Shown here: positions 27,939-37,447 of the stretch, in pieces
Layout of the letters: the number at the start of each line of letters is the position of its first letter
How positions within the stretch are numbered: the stretch's first letter is position 1
From: Candidatus Bathyarchaeota archaeon
GTDB lineage: Archaea; Thermoproteota; Bathyarchaeia; 40CM-2-53-6
Direction: 5' to 3'
Length of the DNA stretch: 64,000 nucleotides
Assembly (NCBI GenBank): GCA_005888635.1
Contig: VBAW01000019.1
Span: 18,776 to 82,775 of the forward strand
Notes under the pieces: model-generated
Told to the model about the DNA's origin: nothing
Databases searched by the model: none
Seen by the model: only the letters and a program-made list of their open reading frames with translations
Position numbers and translations under genes: made by a program

Positions 27939-28418
27939 ATGCCAAAGACGATTATGCGAAGACTCCCATCTCTTCTCCCCTTGCTTGTCGCAGTACTAAT
28001 TCCAGCAACTGCGAGTCGACGTCGGGGCTCCAAGGAAGCGACACGACAGGAGAAGAAGGATGCTGTACTCAGCTCAGAGAATAGGAGGGATGTGAGGGAG
28101 CTTCAGAAACGGCTCCACACGGCCAGTCTGGAATTCGCCAAGAATCTGCTGAAACTTTTCGAAGCTGTGCGAGAAAGCTGGTATGAATCGGACGATCCTG
28201 AAGAAAATGAGAAGCGGAGAGTCGAGCTGGAGACAATCGAGAAAGGTGATTATCGAGAAGGCACAGGCTGGACCTGGAACGGCCATTTTGTTCCTTCTCC
28301 ACAATCAACAAGCCCGTTCTTTGAACGAAGAAAGCGGATCATTAGAAACGGAGTGTGGAATCCTACTCGTCGGGGATGGGAGTATCAAGGCGAATTCTTT
28401 GGGGTTTGGGATCATTGA
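27939..28418 (+). CDS. Hypothetical secreted protein
   Basis: 159 aa with an N-terminal signal-like hydrophobic segment. It starts 14 nt after repeat copy B. Confidence 0.45.
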   Translation: MPKTIMRRLPSLLPLLVAVLIPATASRRRGSKEATRQEKKDAVLSSENRRDVRELQKRLHTASLEFAKNLLKLFEAVRESWYESDDPEENEKRRVELETIEKGDYREGTGWTWNGHFVPSPQSTSPFFERRKRIIRNGVWNPTRRGWEYQGEFFGVWDH

Positions 28419-28439
28419 AGCGAATCGGACCGTTTTAAT

Positions 28440-28682
28440 ATGCGGCGCTCGATCTTTGGGCCGGAACAGATGGCGCGTAGAGCCGATTCGATACAACTGC
28501 CTAAGGAGCTCGTTGCGGACCTGCTAGAGTCATCTCTAAGGTTCCAGGAGGTCGCTGAATCCTTAGAGGTTCAGCTGGACAAGAAGACCGTCAAGAGGCT
28601 CAAGATTGGAGGCAAGGAGCTAAAGAAGCGCCAGTACAAGGTAGCTTCCAGCCGAGAAGATATCGACCGGATTCTCAGTTGA
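28440..28682 (+). CDS. Putative antitoxin (partner of RelE/ParE toxin)
   Basis: 80-aa ORF whose stop overlaps the toxin start (ATGA). Confidence 0.5.
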   Translation: MRRSIFGPEQMARRADSIQLPKELVADLLESSLRFQEVAESLEVQLDKKTVKRLKIGGKELKKRQYKVASSREDIDRILS

Positions 28683-28933
28683 GATACGAGGCAGTCTTCC
28701 TAAACACTTTTCTGAAACAGTTCAAGAAGCTCCCTGGCAACGTCAAGCAACGAGTCAAGCAGAGGATCCAAGAGCTCGCGACGAACCCCTACATGGGTCT
28801 GAGGCTCAAGGGAGGCCTTGAGGGCTTCTGGAAAGACCGTGTAGGCGCGTATAGGATCCTGTACAAGATTGACAGTGGAGCGGGAAGAATAATCTTCTAT
28901 GATGTCGATCTCAGAAAGCGAGTCTATGATTGA
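28679..28933 (+). CDS. RelE/ParE family toxin
   Basis: 84 aa. KQFKKLPGNVKQRVKQRIQELATNP...YRILYKIDSGAGRIIFYDVDLRKRVY is the typical RelE/ParE fold signature. Confidence 0.75.
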   Translation: MRYEAVFLNTFLKQFKKLPGNVKQRVKQRIQELATNPYMGLRLKGGLEGFWKDRVGAYRILYKIDSGAGRIIFYDVDLRKRVYD

Positions 28934-28967
28934 AGAACCAAGATGCGAGGGAAATTATTCGTTTCTG

Positions 28968-29160
28968 TAGTTAGATGCCTGGTTCTTGTTCCATTCGTGA
29001 GGGGTTGACGTTTAGGTGTTCGTGCCAGTGGGTCCGCTGACCCGACATCTGTAGGGTTGAGCGGTCTTTTGATTATTGCTTAGACACGAGAACGAAATTG
29101 CGCTCGTCAATCCATTTCGTTCATCATCAGCCAGCTCTCGCGACTACTAGCAACGTGTCA
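28968..29160 (+). repeat. Island repeat copy C
   Basis: CTTGTTCCATTCGTGAGGGGTTGACGTTTAGGTGTTCGTGCCAGTGGGTCCGCTGACCCGACATCTGTAGGGTTGAGC...CACGAGAACGAAA...CCATTTCGTTCATCATCAGCCAGCTCTC. Confidence 0.85.
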
Positions 29161-29613
29161 CCCAGCGAGGCCTCGGCCCTTCATGCGCTTCTCCATTTCT
29201 TCGGAAGACACCTCTTCGACACGGCTGGCAATCCACCAGACGTTTCCAGTCGGATCCTTCACTGCAGCGGTCCGGTCGCCGTAGAACTGGGTTGTAGGCT
29301 CCTGCTCAGAGATTCCACCAGCCTTCAAACCTCGCCTATAGGTCTCGTCCACGTTCTCAACGTAGACGTACAACTGGCTCGGTATCGGATTATACTGAGC
29401 GGTTGAATCGGCCATCATGACTATGGATTTGCCGATCTTGATCTCAGCATGACCCACATGGTCTTCCTTGTCGTTGATACGTGCCCTCTCTTCCGCCTGG
29501 AAAGTCTCCTTCAAGAAATCGATCAGTCTCGGTACCCCATCTACGATCAAGTACGGTGTAACGGTTCCGTAGTCTTGAGGAGTGGGGTTTGGTTTGCTGG
29601 TGACAGATTGCAT
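29158..29613 (-). CDS. VOC / glyoxalase-bleomycin resistance family protein
   Basis: 151 aa with a paired beta-alpha-beta-beta-beta module pattern (PYLIVDGVPRLIDF...HAEIKIGKSIVMMAD...YVENVDETY...GNVWWI). Confidence 0.65.
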   Translation of the reverse strand: MQSVTSKPNPTPQDYGTVTPYLIVDGVPRLIDFLKETFQAEERARINDKEDHVGHAEIKIGKSIVMMADSTAQYNPIPSQLYVYVENVDETYRRGLKAGGISEQEPTTQFYGDRTAAVKDPTGNVWWIASRVEEVSSEEMEKRMKGRGLAG

Positions 29614-29770
29614 AGCCTCGATAATGTACTCCTCATTGGTTTAAGAATTGCTGAGATGAGAAGGTCACTACAGTGAAAACCTTGAGATTCCGAGCCTTTA
29701 ATCCCAGCCTATCCTCCAGCTTCGACTGGTTCGCGTTAGTGCTCTAAGCTACGGGAGAGCGGATGAGATC

Positions 29771-30406
29771 TTGAAGAAGACCGTTGAACAGCTTCTCATG
29801 AAAATTTACGCTGGTCGAGCGGATATTCACCTAGACCTGTATCAATTGTCGAACCAGCATCGGCGTAAGCATGGGCGGGATTGCGACATGTACCCCAGCG
29901 ACCCATTGCAGGCACCTCTATGGAAAGCGATCGCATCATTGACGCATGCGCGGCGTATGTTAGAGGTTGGCTGTGGCCACGGGTACACTGCAGCAGTGAT
30001 GGCTTCGGCAGGAGGACCCAATTGTCATGTAGACACAATTGAAGCGAATCCGCAGCATGCTAAACTAGCGGAGAAAGCGCTCCAAGAGCGAGATCTCTCC
30101 GAGCGCATCACTATCCTACGCGGGAGGGGACAAAATCTCCTTCCAAGGCTGAAGGGCCGTTACGATGTTTTGTTTCTCGACGGTGACTGGCGCGAATACC
30201 CACGATACATTCCACACCTCCGCCGTCTCACCCGTCCCGGCAGCATTATCGTAACCGCGAACCTCAACCCGCTCTTTGGCGGCTGGGGCGGAAGGTTGCA
30301 GGGAAAGCCAGCGATCCTATCCTACTTGACACGCCTTGTACGGGATCCACACTTCCGCACATACATCGTTCCTGGCGAATGGCATTCGATCAGCGTGCGG
30401 GTGTAG
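29771..30406 (+). CDS. Class I SAM-dependent O-methyltransferase (family 3-like)
   Basis: SAM-binding motif I LEVGCGHGYTA and the acidic motif DVLFLDGD are present. Confidence 0.7.
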   Translation: MKKTVEQLLMKIYAGRADIHLDLYQLSNQHRRKHGRDCDMYPSDPLQAPLWKAIASLTHARRMLEVGCGHGYTAAVMASAGGPNCHVDTIEANPQHAKLAEKALQERDLSERITILRGRGQNLLPRLKGRYDVLFLDGDWREYPRYIPHLRRLTRPGSIIVTANLNPLFGGWGGRLQGKPAILSYLTRLVRDPHFRTYIVPGEWHSISVRV

Positions 30407-30664
30407 TGCTCGAAGTATCATCTGATCAATGAGTCATAGGAGCCGGAGCCACGCGCACCTCGTGAACAGATTCCGGAAGAGTCTGACCCCTCAGAGTGCC
30501 TGAAAACAGATAGTAATTTTCTGTCACTTCACTATTATCGGTACTTGTTTTGGAGGAGTCGAAATAGTGGTGGGTCCTGATGCCTTGGGTGTTCTCAGCG
30601 TCAAGAACGGATTGGCTATCGTTAGCACTCGATAAATACAACATCAGGATCAGTCTGGCCTGCC

Positions 30665-32494
30665 TTGACAGAGCCTGTACTTGTTTCACCGAGATTGATC
30701 TATGTTGAGCGTGTCATTGGCATTCCCGATATCGAGTTGTTCGACCTTTCGAAGGACGGCAAGACTGCCCTTGCACTGTCCAACAAGACCGGGTCTTACC
30801 AGCTAGCAGCCGTGGATGTGAGAGGGGGTCAATTACGCCCCGTCTCTCACGGAAAGGAACGAGTAGCCTGGGCTCGCATCTCGAATGACTCGGAGACTAT
30901 CTGCTTCTCCAGAGATTTTGGCGGAAAGGAGGAACATCAGCTCTTCACAGTTCCCCTAGCTGATGGCGAGGAGGAAGAGCAACTCACTAGGCTACCCGCG
31001 ACCCGCGCCTTCAACTTCAACTGGTCAAACGGCGATGACAGGATCGTCCTCGCAGGAGCAACGCAGGAGACCAACGGCGTCTGGACTGTTGACTCAAGCA
31101 ACGGCCAACACTCACAGATCTATCAGAACCGACACTGGGTCTTCAACCCGGAATGGTCCAAGGATGATTCCAGAATCTGCATCTCAGCAAAGACCACAGA
31201 ACATCCCACAGCACTAGAACTGGTATTCTTGTCGCCAGAAAAAGAACAAGATCCTGTGGTCTACACGCCCAGAGTTGACTCGGAGAACACGAATGGCGGA
31301 TGGCATCCCTCTGAACCCTGGATACTCTTCAAGACAGACGCCAGAGGCCGATATGAACTCGCAGTCTACAAAACAGACGCACAAGAACTGAGCTACCTCA
31401 AAAGCGCCGATCTAGGTCTCGACTTTCCAGTCTTCGCATGGATGCCTGACGGCAAATCCGTCTACTATCTCGCCACGAACAACGGAAGAACTCGGCTATA
31501 CATAGAACCGATCGACGCATCCGAACCGCCTAGAGAGATTCCGTTACCGGAGGGCTACCACGCCGGCTTCTTCGGCACTTCGGTGAAAGTAGCGAAGCCA
31601 GGCGAGTATTTCGTCTTCTCCTGGTCCTCACTCTCCAGCCCGCCTACTCTATCCCGGTGCGATCTGGAGACTGGTAGAGTAGAGACGCTCAACGAGCATT
31701 TCACAGACCTTCCACTAGGAAGAGCGGAGCCAGTGGTCTACGGCTCCTTCGACGGTCGATCCATACATGGATGGTTCCTCAAACCGACACGACAGGAGGG
31801 AAGGAGCCCCTGCGTCCTCTGGATCCATGGGGGTCCCGCGTGGGAAGTTGCGGACGTCTGGAACCCCGCCATCCAGTCCTTCCTAGTCGCTGGATACACA
31901 CTCTTTGCCCCGAACATTCGAGGGAGCACAGGCTATGGCGTCGAGTTCCAGAATCTGAACATACACGACTGCGGAGGCGCCGACCTCAAAGACGTTGAGG
32001 AGGCAGCCAATTATCTCAAGTCCCGGCCGGACGTGGACCCGTCGAAGATCGCTCTGGTCGGAGCAAGCTATGGTGGTTTCATGACATTCCTCGCCACCAC
32101 AAAAATACCCGACTATTGGTCAGCGGGCGCGGCAATCGTGGGCATCACCGATTGGAAGGAAATGTACGGGCTGTCCGACGCCGCCTTCAAGAGCTTCATC
32201 GAAAGATACTTCGGAAAGCCAGAGGAGAACCCGGATCTCTACTACGACCGGTCTGCGATAAACTTCGCCCAGAACCTAAAGGCCCCGTTGCTCATATGGC
32301 ATAGAGGCAATGACTCGCGATGCCCTCTAGCTCCAGTCCAGAAGTACGCTGATAGACTCCGCGAATTGGGAAAGGACTTTGAGATGAACGTGGTCTGGGA
32401 TGAAGGCCACGGATTCCAGAAGACAGAGAACCTGGTCCGCCAGTACAAAGCGATCATCGAGTTCCTCGACAAGAAGATAGGCTCCTCAAACTAA
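30665..32494 (+). CDS. S9 family serine peptidase (second paralogue)
   Basis: 609 aa with N-terminal propeller repeats. The C-terminal GASYGGFMT nucleophile elbow, Asp and HGF motif are present. Confidence 0.85.
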   Translation: MTEPVLVSPRLIYVERVIGIPDIELFDLSKDGKTALALSNKTGSYQLAAVDVRGGQLRPVSHGKERVAWARISNDSETICFSRDFGGKEEHQLFTVPLADGEEEEQLTRLPATRAFNFNWSNGDDRIVLAGATQETNGVWTVDSSNGQHSQIYQNRHWVFNPEWSKDDSRICISAKTTEHPTALELVFLSPEKEQDPVVYTPRVDSENTNGGWHPSEPWILFKTDARGRYELAVYKTDAQELSYLKSADLGLDFPVFAWMPDGKSVYYLATNNGRTRLYIEPIDASEPPREIPLPEGYHAGFFGTSVKVAKPGEYFVFSWSSLSSPPTLSRCDLETGRVETLNEHFTDLPLGRAEPVVYGSFDGRSIHGWFLKPTRQEGRSPCVLWIHGGPAWEVADVWNPAIQSFLVAGYTLFAPNIRGSTGYGVEFQNLNIHDCGGADLKDVEEAANYLKSRPDVDPSKIALVGASYGGFMTFLATTKIPDYWSAGAAIVGITDWKEMYGLSDAAFKSFIERYFGKPEENPDLYYDRSAINFAQNLKAPLLIWHRGNDSRCPLAPVQKYADRLRELGKDFEMNVVWDEGHGFQKTENLVRQYKAIIEFLDKKIGSSN

Positions 32495-32597
32495 CAGACC
32501 CAGTCAAGGGAGCACTACGATCAACTCTTCAAGATCCGCAAGGAAGCGTGAGCCCGGAACGATAGGATAGTCACACGACTAGTCGCTATTTGGTCGT

Positions 32598-32880
32598 CTT
32601 GTAGTTTGATTGCGAGTTCTTGTTCCATTCGCGAGGGATTGGCGTGTAGGCGTTCGCGCCAGTCGCTCCGCTGACCCGACATCTCTCACTTTCAGCTGTC
32701 TCTCGGCCATTGCTCATACACGAGAACGAAACTGCTTTCGCCGATCCATTTCTTTCATTGTCGGCCAGCTCTCCAGACCAAGAGCAACTACAGGACAATC
32801 TGAGTCTCATGGAGGCTGCAAGACCTGCAGTGCAGAACTGGTCCGTAGTGGAAGAGGTCGTCAGCCTCCTCCTAAACATC
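32598..32880 (+). repeat. Island repeat copy D (long form, ~280 bp)
   Basis: TCTTGTAGTTTGATTGCGAG...CGTTCGCGCCAGTCGCTCCGCTGACCCGACATCT...CACGAGAACGAAACTG...GCCAGCTCTCCAGACCAAGAGCAAC...GGAGGCTGCAAGACCTGCAGTG. It is about 85 percent identical to copy E. Confidence 0.85.
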
Positions 32881-33094
32881 TTGATGCTCGTCCCATTCCT
32901 CGCGCGCATTCGACCGTGGAGGGTATTCCGAGAACGCGGGGCAATCTCAAGACCGGCCTGGTCCGAAGGCGGGAGTACGCTAGGCGGCTCCTTGAATCTC
33001 ATCGGAGCCTCTGAATCAAGCCGCACGGACAACATACTGGGCGCAAGGCGTTCTTTTTATAGAACAATCGTTCGACATATAGAACGGATGTTCC

Positions 33095-33655
33095 GTGGAC
33101 CGAACACTCGACTATCCCGGGCTGAGAATACTCAACATATTCTTCCAGGACCCGTACAGGGAAGTCCATCTCCGCCAAGCCGCCGCCCAGGCCCAGGTAA
33201 GCCCCAGCACAGCCAAACGATTCCTCGACGAATACACTCGACTCGGACTCTTGACCGAGACCCAGAAGGCCAACCTCCACCTCTTCAAAGCCAACCTCGA
33301 CAAGGCGAGTTTCCGACTCTGGAAGACCAGCCTCTTCCTTCTGAAGAATGAGAACCATTTGAGACATCTCGCGAGCCTTTACCCCGACTCGAGCCTCACG
33401 CTCTACGGAAGCTGCGCAACCGGGACTGACGCACCGGGAAGCGACCTGGACCTACTCCTCATCACTAGACTAGATCAGGACCCTTCGCCAAGGCAGCTCG
33501 ACGAGCTTTCAAAAAAAACCCAGAGAACCGCCCAGCTGTTGAAGTACACTCCTGAAGAATGGGAGAAGAAAGCCAGTGAAGACAAGCCGTTCTACGAGCG
33601 AGTGATAATCGACGGCATCGCTATAAGCGGACCCCTGCCGGTCGTCGTCAATTGA
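33095..33655 (+). CDS. MNT-type nucleotidyltransferase (toxin-antitoxin module component)
   Basis: LYGSCATGTDAPGSDLDLLLI is the NTase hGS...DxD motif. The gene is translationally coupled to the HEPN gene. Confidence 0.8.
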   Translation: MDRTLDYPGLRILNIFFQDPYREVHLRQAAAQAQVSPSTAKRFLDEYTRLGLLTETQKANLHLFKANLDKASFRLWKTSLFLLKNENHLRHLASLYPDSSLTLYGSCATGTDAPGSDLDLLLITRLDQDPSPRQLDELSKKTQRTAQLLKYTPEEWEKKASEDKPFYERVIIDGIAISGPLPVVVN

Positions 33656-34095
33656 ACCTCGAAGAGTGCTTCCAGCGGCGACTTCTGAGGAGAGACAGAC
33701 CGGACACGGCGAAGGCTGAAAGATCGCTTCAAGTCTCAGCAGCAAAACTCGAACAAGCCGAGAGATCATACAGCCACCAGCTCTACGACGCATGTCTGGT
33801 CCTAGCATACACTTCGATGTTCCACGCCGCCCGAGCAGTACTCTTCAGAGACGGAATAATCGAGAAGAGCCACGTCTGCCTAGCCGAGTATTTACGACAA
33901 GAATACTCAAAGAAAGGTTTGATCAGCGAAGGATACATGAACAGTCTAGACAGAATGCGCACCGACAGGCACGAAGCCATCTACGGATTGGAGACGTCAG
34001 TCACAAAAACCCTGGCCGACCATGCGATCAACCAGTGCAGAGAATTCATCGGCGCCGCGAAGAAGCTAATCTCCAATGAGAGGACCCTAGCTTGA
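33652..34095 (+). CDS. HEPN domain protein (partner of MNT)
   Basis: The alpha-helical HEPN fold has an R-x5-H motif (RMRTDRHEAIY). Its stop abuts repeat copy E. Confidence 0.8.
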   Translation: MNLEECFQRRLLRRDRPDTAKAERSLQVSAAKLEQAERSYSHQLYDACLVLAYTSMFHAARAVLFRDGIIEKSHVCLAEYLRQEYSKKGLISEGYMNSLDRMRTDRHEAIYGLETSVTKTLADHAINQCREFIGAAKKLISNERTLA

Positions 34096-34370
34096 TTGCT
34101 ACTTGTTCCGTTCGTGAGGGGATCGGCGTGTAGTCGTTCGCGCCAGTCGCTCCGCCGACCCGACATCTGCCGGTTTCAGCTGTCTTCCGGCCATTCCTCG
34201 GACACGAGAACGAAACTGGCTTGGATGATCCAGTCGGTTCATTGTCAGCCAGCTCTCCAGACTAAGAGCAACAATGCTTCATCCGGGGAGCCATGGAGGC
34301 TGTAAGACCCGCAGTGAAGTACTGGTCCGTGATGGAAAGGGTCATCAGCCTCCTCCCTAGCTCTTGAAGA
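34093..34370 (+). repeat. Island repeat copy E (long form), followed by a 55-bp fragment duplicating the 3' end of the MNT gene
   Basis: This copy has the same architecture as copy D. After it, GTGATAATCGAAGGTACCGCTATAAGTGGACGCCTC (34385-34440) matches GTGATAATCGACGGCATCGCTATAAGCGGACCCCTG at 33601-33636. Confidence 0.85.
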
Positions 34371-34446
34371 TTTTTTACGAGCACACTGTTCATGGGCGGG
34401 TGATAATCGAAGGTACCGCTATAAGTGGACGCCTCGGAAATCTAAG

Positions 34447-34812
34447 TTGAGAGGCCGGAGGATGAAAGCTGTAGTCCTAGTCTTGGCTGACACGGAGACC
34501 CATGAGGATCGAGGTCGGATCAGAAATGCTCTGGAGACTGCGAAGGAATTCAAGGATGCGGGAGACGATGTCAAACTGATCTTTGATGGCGCGGGTACAA
34601 AATGGATTCCAGAAATCTCAAAGTCAGATAACAAGTATAATGAACTCTACACGGGGTTGAAGGACAGAGCTCTAGCCTGCAAGTACTGCGCCGCGTCTTT
34701 CGGTGCTACGAAAGGAATCCAGGATGCTGGAGTTCCTTTGTTGGACGAATACCATGGTCACCCTAGCCTTAGAAAATTGGTATCGCTCGGATATCAAGTA
34801 ATCTCGTTCTAG
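34447..34812 (+). CDS. DsrE/DsrF/TusD-like sulfur-relay family protein
   Basis: 121 aa. MKAVVLVLADTETHEDRGRIRNALETAKEF...KYCAASFGA fits DsrE-like proteins with a conserved Cys. Confidence 0.55.
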   Translation: MRGRRMKAVVLVLADTETHEDRGRIRNALETAKEFKDAGDDVKLIFDGAGTKWIPEISKSDNKYNELYTGLKDRALACKYCAASFGATKGIQDAGVPLLDEYHGHPSLRKLVSLGYQVISF

Positions 34813-35022
34813 TCGCTTGCGCAGTCATTTAGGAAGCGTCTTGAAGAGCTAGCCGTGAAGGCTGGCAATTGCGTTTTCCAGCCTCCGCGTTCACCGCTCT
34901 TACGGTCTGATGTTAGGCCCAATCCACTTCTCCCCGAGAAAACAATCTCTGGAATGATACCTCTAGCGGGTCGTGTAGGCATCTATTTTAGCAACGTAGG
35001 CCCGATGTTCCGCTAGATAGAG

Positions 35023-35310
35023 ATGGGAAAGAAGGAAGAGCCGAAGGAGCCGAAGAAGCAGAGTGAGGTTTCGAAGGCTGCTAAGGGATTCTTCTATGGT
35101 ATGGCTCTGCATGGAATGGTAACCTACGCGTTGAGGCTGAGAATGCACATGGAGAACCTGTTCATGCTCATCACCATGGGCGACATGCTCGGGATACCTG
35201 TACTACCGCCCTACTACAGCCTCAGGCTCCTGCCCTACGCGGTCCCGTCTCTGAAGACATGGAAGCAGACACTGCTCAGAGATCGAGACATTACCGACTC
35301 ACTGTACTAA
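35023..35310 (+). CDS. Small hypothetical protein upstream of and overlapping the first ArsA-like gene
   Basis: 95 aa with a Lys/Glu-rich N-terminus and a hydrophobic core. Confidence 0.35.
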   Translation: MGKKEEPKEPKKQSEVSKAAKGFFYGMALHGMVTYALRLRMHMENLFMLITMGDMLGIPVLPPYYSLRLLPYAVPSLKTWKQTLLRDRDITDSLY

Positions 35311-36329
35311 GGAGCTGTCAACAGACGGCCATGAGCGCTGCGGTCAGCCCAGGCATGGCCGAGTACTTCGCATCCAATCCTGACCTCAGGTACATTCTCT
35401 TCGGTGGAAAAGGCGGGCTAGGTAAGACAACCCTATCCGCCGCGACCGCCCACTGGCTAGCGCGAAGAGGAAAGAGGGTCTGTGTCTTTTCGACGGATCC
35501 CCAGGCGAGCCTCTCGGACATTTTCGAGAGGAAGATCTTCGGCCAGGGAGAGGTCGAACTCGCCTCAAACCTCTTTGCTGTTGAGATCGACGCCGATCGG
35601 AGAATCGCAGAGTATCAGGAGGAGATTAGGAACAAGATCAAGGACATGTACAAGATGGAGACGATTCCCGAGGAGGTGGAGGATTACATCAACTCGTCCG
35701 CCGCGGAACCAGCGATGGCCGAGTCAGCCACGTTCGACGCCATGGTTGAATTGATGACCGCAGGCAAGTTCGACTACTACGTGTTCGACATGATGCCGCA
35801 TGGACACGCAATAAGATTCCTGGGCATGGCCGACATTCTAGACCAGTGGGTCGAGAAGATCGTCACCGTGAGGAAGAAGGCTGGAGAGTACGGGGAGGCT
35901 GCTACTGTTATGGGCAACAAGGGAAGCCTTGTCCAGGAAGATCTCGTCCTGAAAGAGCTAGAGTACATCAGAGGACGACTCGACTTTGTCAGCACAATGG
36001 TCCGCGACCGAAAACACACCGCGTTCTTCTACGTGCTCGTTCCCGAACTAATGCCCATTCTAGACACTCGAAAAGCACTGGAGATGTTCAGAGAGTTCAA
36101 CGTGACAGTGAGCGGAGTAGTAGTGAATCAAGTATATCCGAAAGAGTTGAAGGACCAGACGGATGTTCCAGGCTTCTTGAAGAACAAGATATCCTCGCAG
36201 CAAGAATACGTTCACCAGATCCAGAATGAGTTCGGGGGCCTCATCAGAGGAATTGTGCCGATGCTTGACCGAGAGCCGAAAGGTCTTCAGATGATATCGA
36301 AGGTAGCAGACATACTCTACGGGGCCTAA
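35259..36329 (+). CDS. ArsA/Get3-family anion-transporting-type ATPase (single-domain)
   Basis: Deviant Walker A GGKGGLGKTT, STDPQASLSD (ArsA signature STDPAHSL) and DMMPHGHAIRFLGM (the DTAPTGHT switch II equivalent) are all present. The likely true start is the internal Met near 35355. Confidence 0.8.
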   Translation: MEADTAQRSRHYRLTVLRSCQQTAMSAAVSPGMAEYFASNPDLRYILFGGKGGLGKTTLSAATAHWLARRGKRVCVFSTDPQASLSDIFERKIFGQGEVELASNLFAVEIDADRRIAEYQEEIRNKIKDMYKMETIPEEVEDYINSSAAEPAMAESATFDAMVELMTAGKFDYYVFDMMPHGHAIRFLGMADILDQWVEKIVTVRKKAGEYGEAATVMGNKGSLVQEDLVLKELEYIRGRLDFVSTMVRDRKHTAFFYVLVPELMPILDTRKALEMFREFNVTVSGVVVNQVYPKELKDQTDVPGFLKNKISSQQEYVHQIQNEFGGLIRGIVPMLDREPKGLQMISKVADILYGA

Positions 36330-36335
36330 CCGACC

Positions 36336-37358
36336 ATGGAGACAGCGAACCCGCGCCAGTCGTTCCCGTCTTTCGTGTCAGCAAAGAAGGGATTGAAGTA
36401 TCTCTTCTTCGGCGGGAAGGGAGGAGTTGGAAAGACAGCGCTAGCCGGCGCAACAGCCTACTATCTCTCAGAGATGCTCGGAAAGAAGACGCTGATCTCC
36501 TCCACAAATCCTGTCCATAGCCTCTCAAGCCTCTTCGGCCAGGATCTCTGGAAGAAGGGGACAAGGAAGATTGAGGGAACCAAAAACCTCTACGCAGACG
36601 AAATAGACATTTCGTCAACCATAGAGAGGTATAAGGGCGAGATCAAGGATCGGCTCGTCCAGTTTCTCAAGTTCGCAGACATCCCAGTTGATGTTGAACC
36701 GTTTATCGAAATCGCCACAACGAATCCTTCCTTCGAGGAATCCGCCATGTTCGACGATATGGTTGATCTAATCCTCAGCGGACAGTACGACGCCTACGTC
36801 TTCGATACAGCACCAGTCGCCCACACCTACAGACTGCTGGGCATGTCAAAGGTCTACAACCTCTGGCTCAACAAGATGATCAAGAGCCGTCAAGAGTCAA
36901 TGTCTCTACGCACAAAACTTTCCTTCCGCAAAGAGAAAATAATCCAGGAGCTGAAAAAGGACCCACTGCTAATCTCGCTGGCTGGAACCAAAAAGAAGAC
37001 GGAAGAGGCGAGAGAAATCCTTACGGATTCGGAGAAGACCGCATTCTTCTTCGTCACCTTGCCACTCGCCCTCCCTATCGCGGTGATTGAACGGTTCATC
37101 ACCTGGGTCCAAGCCTTCCAGATACCCATCGGAGGGGTCATCGTCAACGAAGTCATTCCAAAGATCGATTTGGAAAAACTGTCGCCCTATGTTGCCCACC
37201 GGATGGAAGAACAGGCAGGCTACTTGAGACTGGCTGAACAGAAGTTTCCAGGAATGATACGGGCAGTGCTACCATTGTATGAAAGAGAGGTTAACGGCCT
37301 GGACATGGTTTCCAGGATGGCCCAAAGCCTGTCTTTAGGCTCAGAATCGAGAATCTGA
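36336..37358 (+). CDS. ArsA/Get3-family ATPase (second tandem paralogue)
   Basis: GGKGGVGKTA, STNPVHSLSS and DTAPVAHTYRLLGM are present. It starts 7 nt after the previous gene. Confidence 0.8.
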   Translation: METANPRQSFPSFVSAKKGLKYLFFGGKGGVGKTALAGATAYYLSEMLGKKTLISSTNPVHSLSSLFGQDLWKKGTRKIEGTKNLYADEIDISSTIERYKGEIKDRLVQFLKFADIPVDVEPFIEIATTNPSFEESAMFDDMVDLILSGQYDAYVFDTAPVAHTYRLLGMSKVYNLWLNKMIKSRQESMSLRTKLSFRKEKIIQELKKDPLLISLAGTKKKTEEAREILTDSEKTAFFFVTLPLALPIAVIERFITWVQAFQIPIGGVIVNEVIPKIDLEKLSPYVAHRMEEQAGYLRLAEQKFPGMIRAVLPLYEREVNGLDMVSRMAQSLSLGSESRI

Positions 37359-37447
37359 ACGGTTTCTCGGCTTTTATATCTTATAAAGGCTCAAAATCAT
37401 CCGGTATTCTTATATTTTCACCGCCCAGACGCCCTACATGATCATCG

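Noticed and set aside
32610-33014. Plus-strand ORFs inside repeat copies (32610..33014, 34096..34305, 40667..40894) sharing the peptide LVPFVRGWRV.VRASRSADPTS
   Set aside because: The conservation is a consequence of DNA repeat identity. The opposite-strand reading has a recognisable DUF559 N-terminus and a real ATG, whereas these ORFs run across module boundaries and have no known similarity.
26500-34400. Integron attC-like imperfect palindromes within the island repeat
   Set aside because: I looked for the paired inverted core sites (R''/L''-L'/R') characteristic of attC and found only short local hairpins, for example CTGCAAGACCTGCAG in copies D and E. The integron analogy is therefore restricted to the overall architecture and makes no claim of attC homology.
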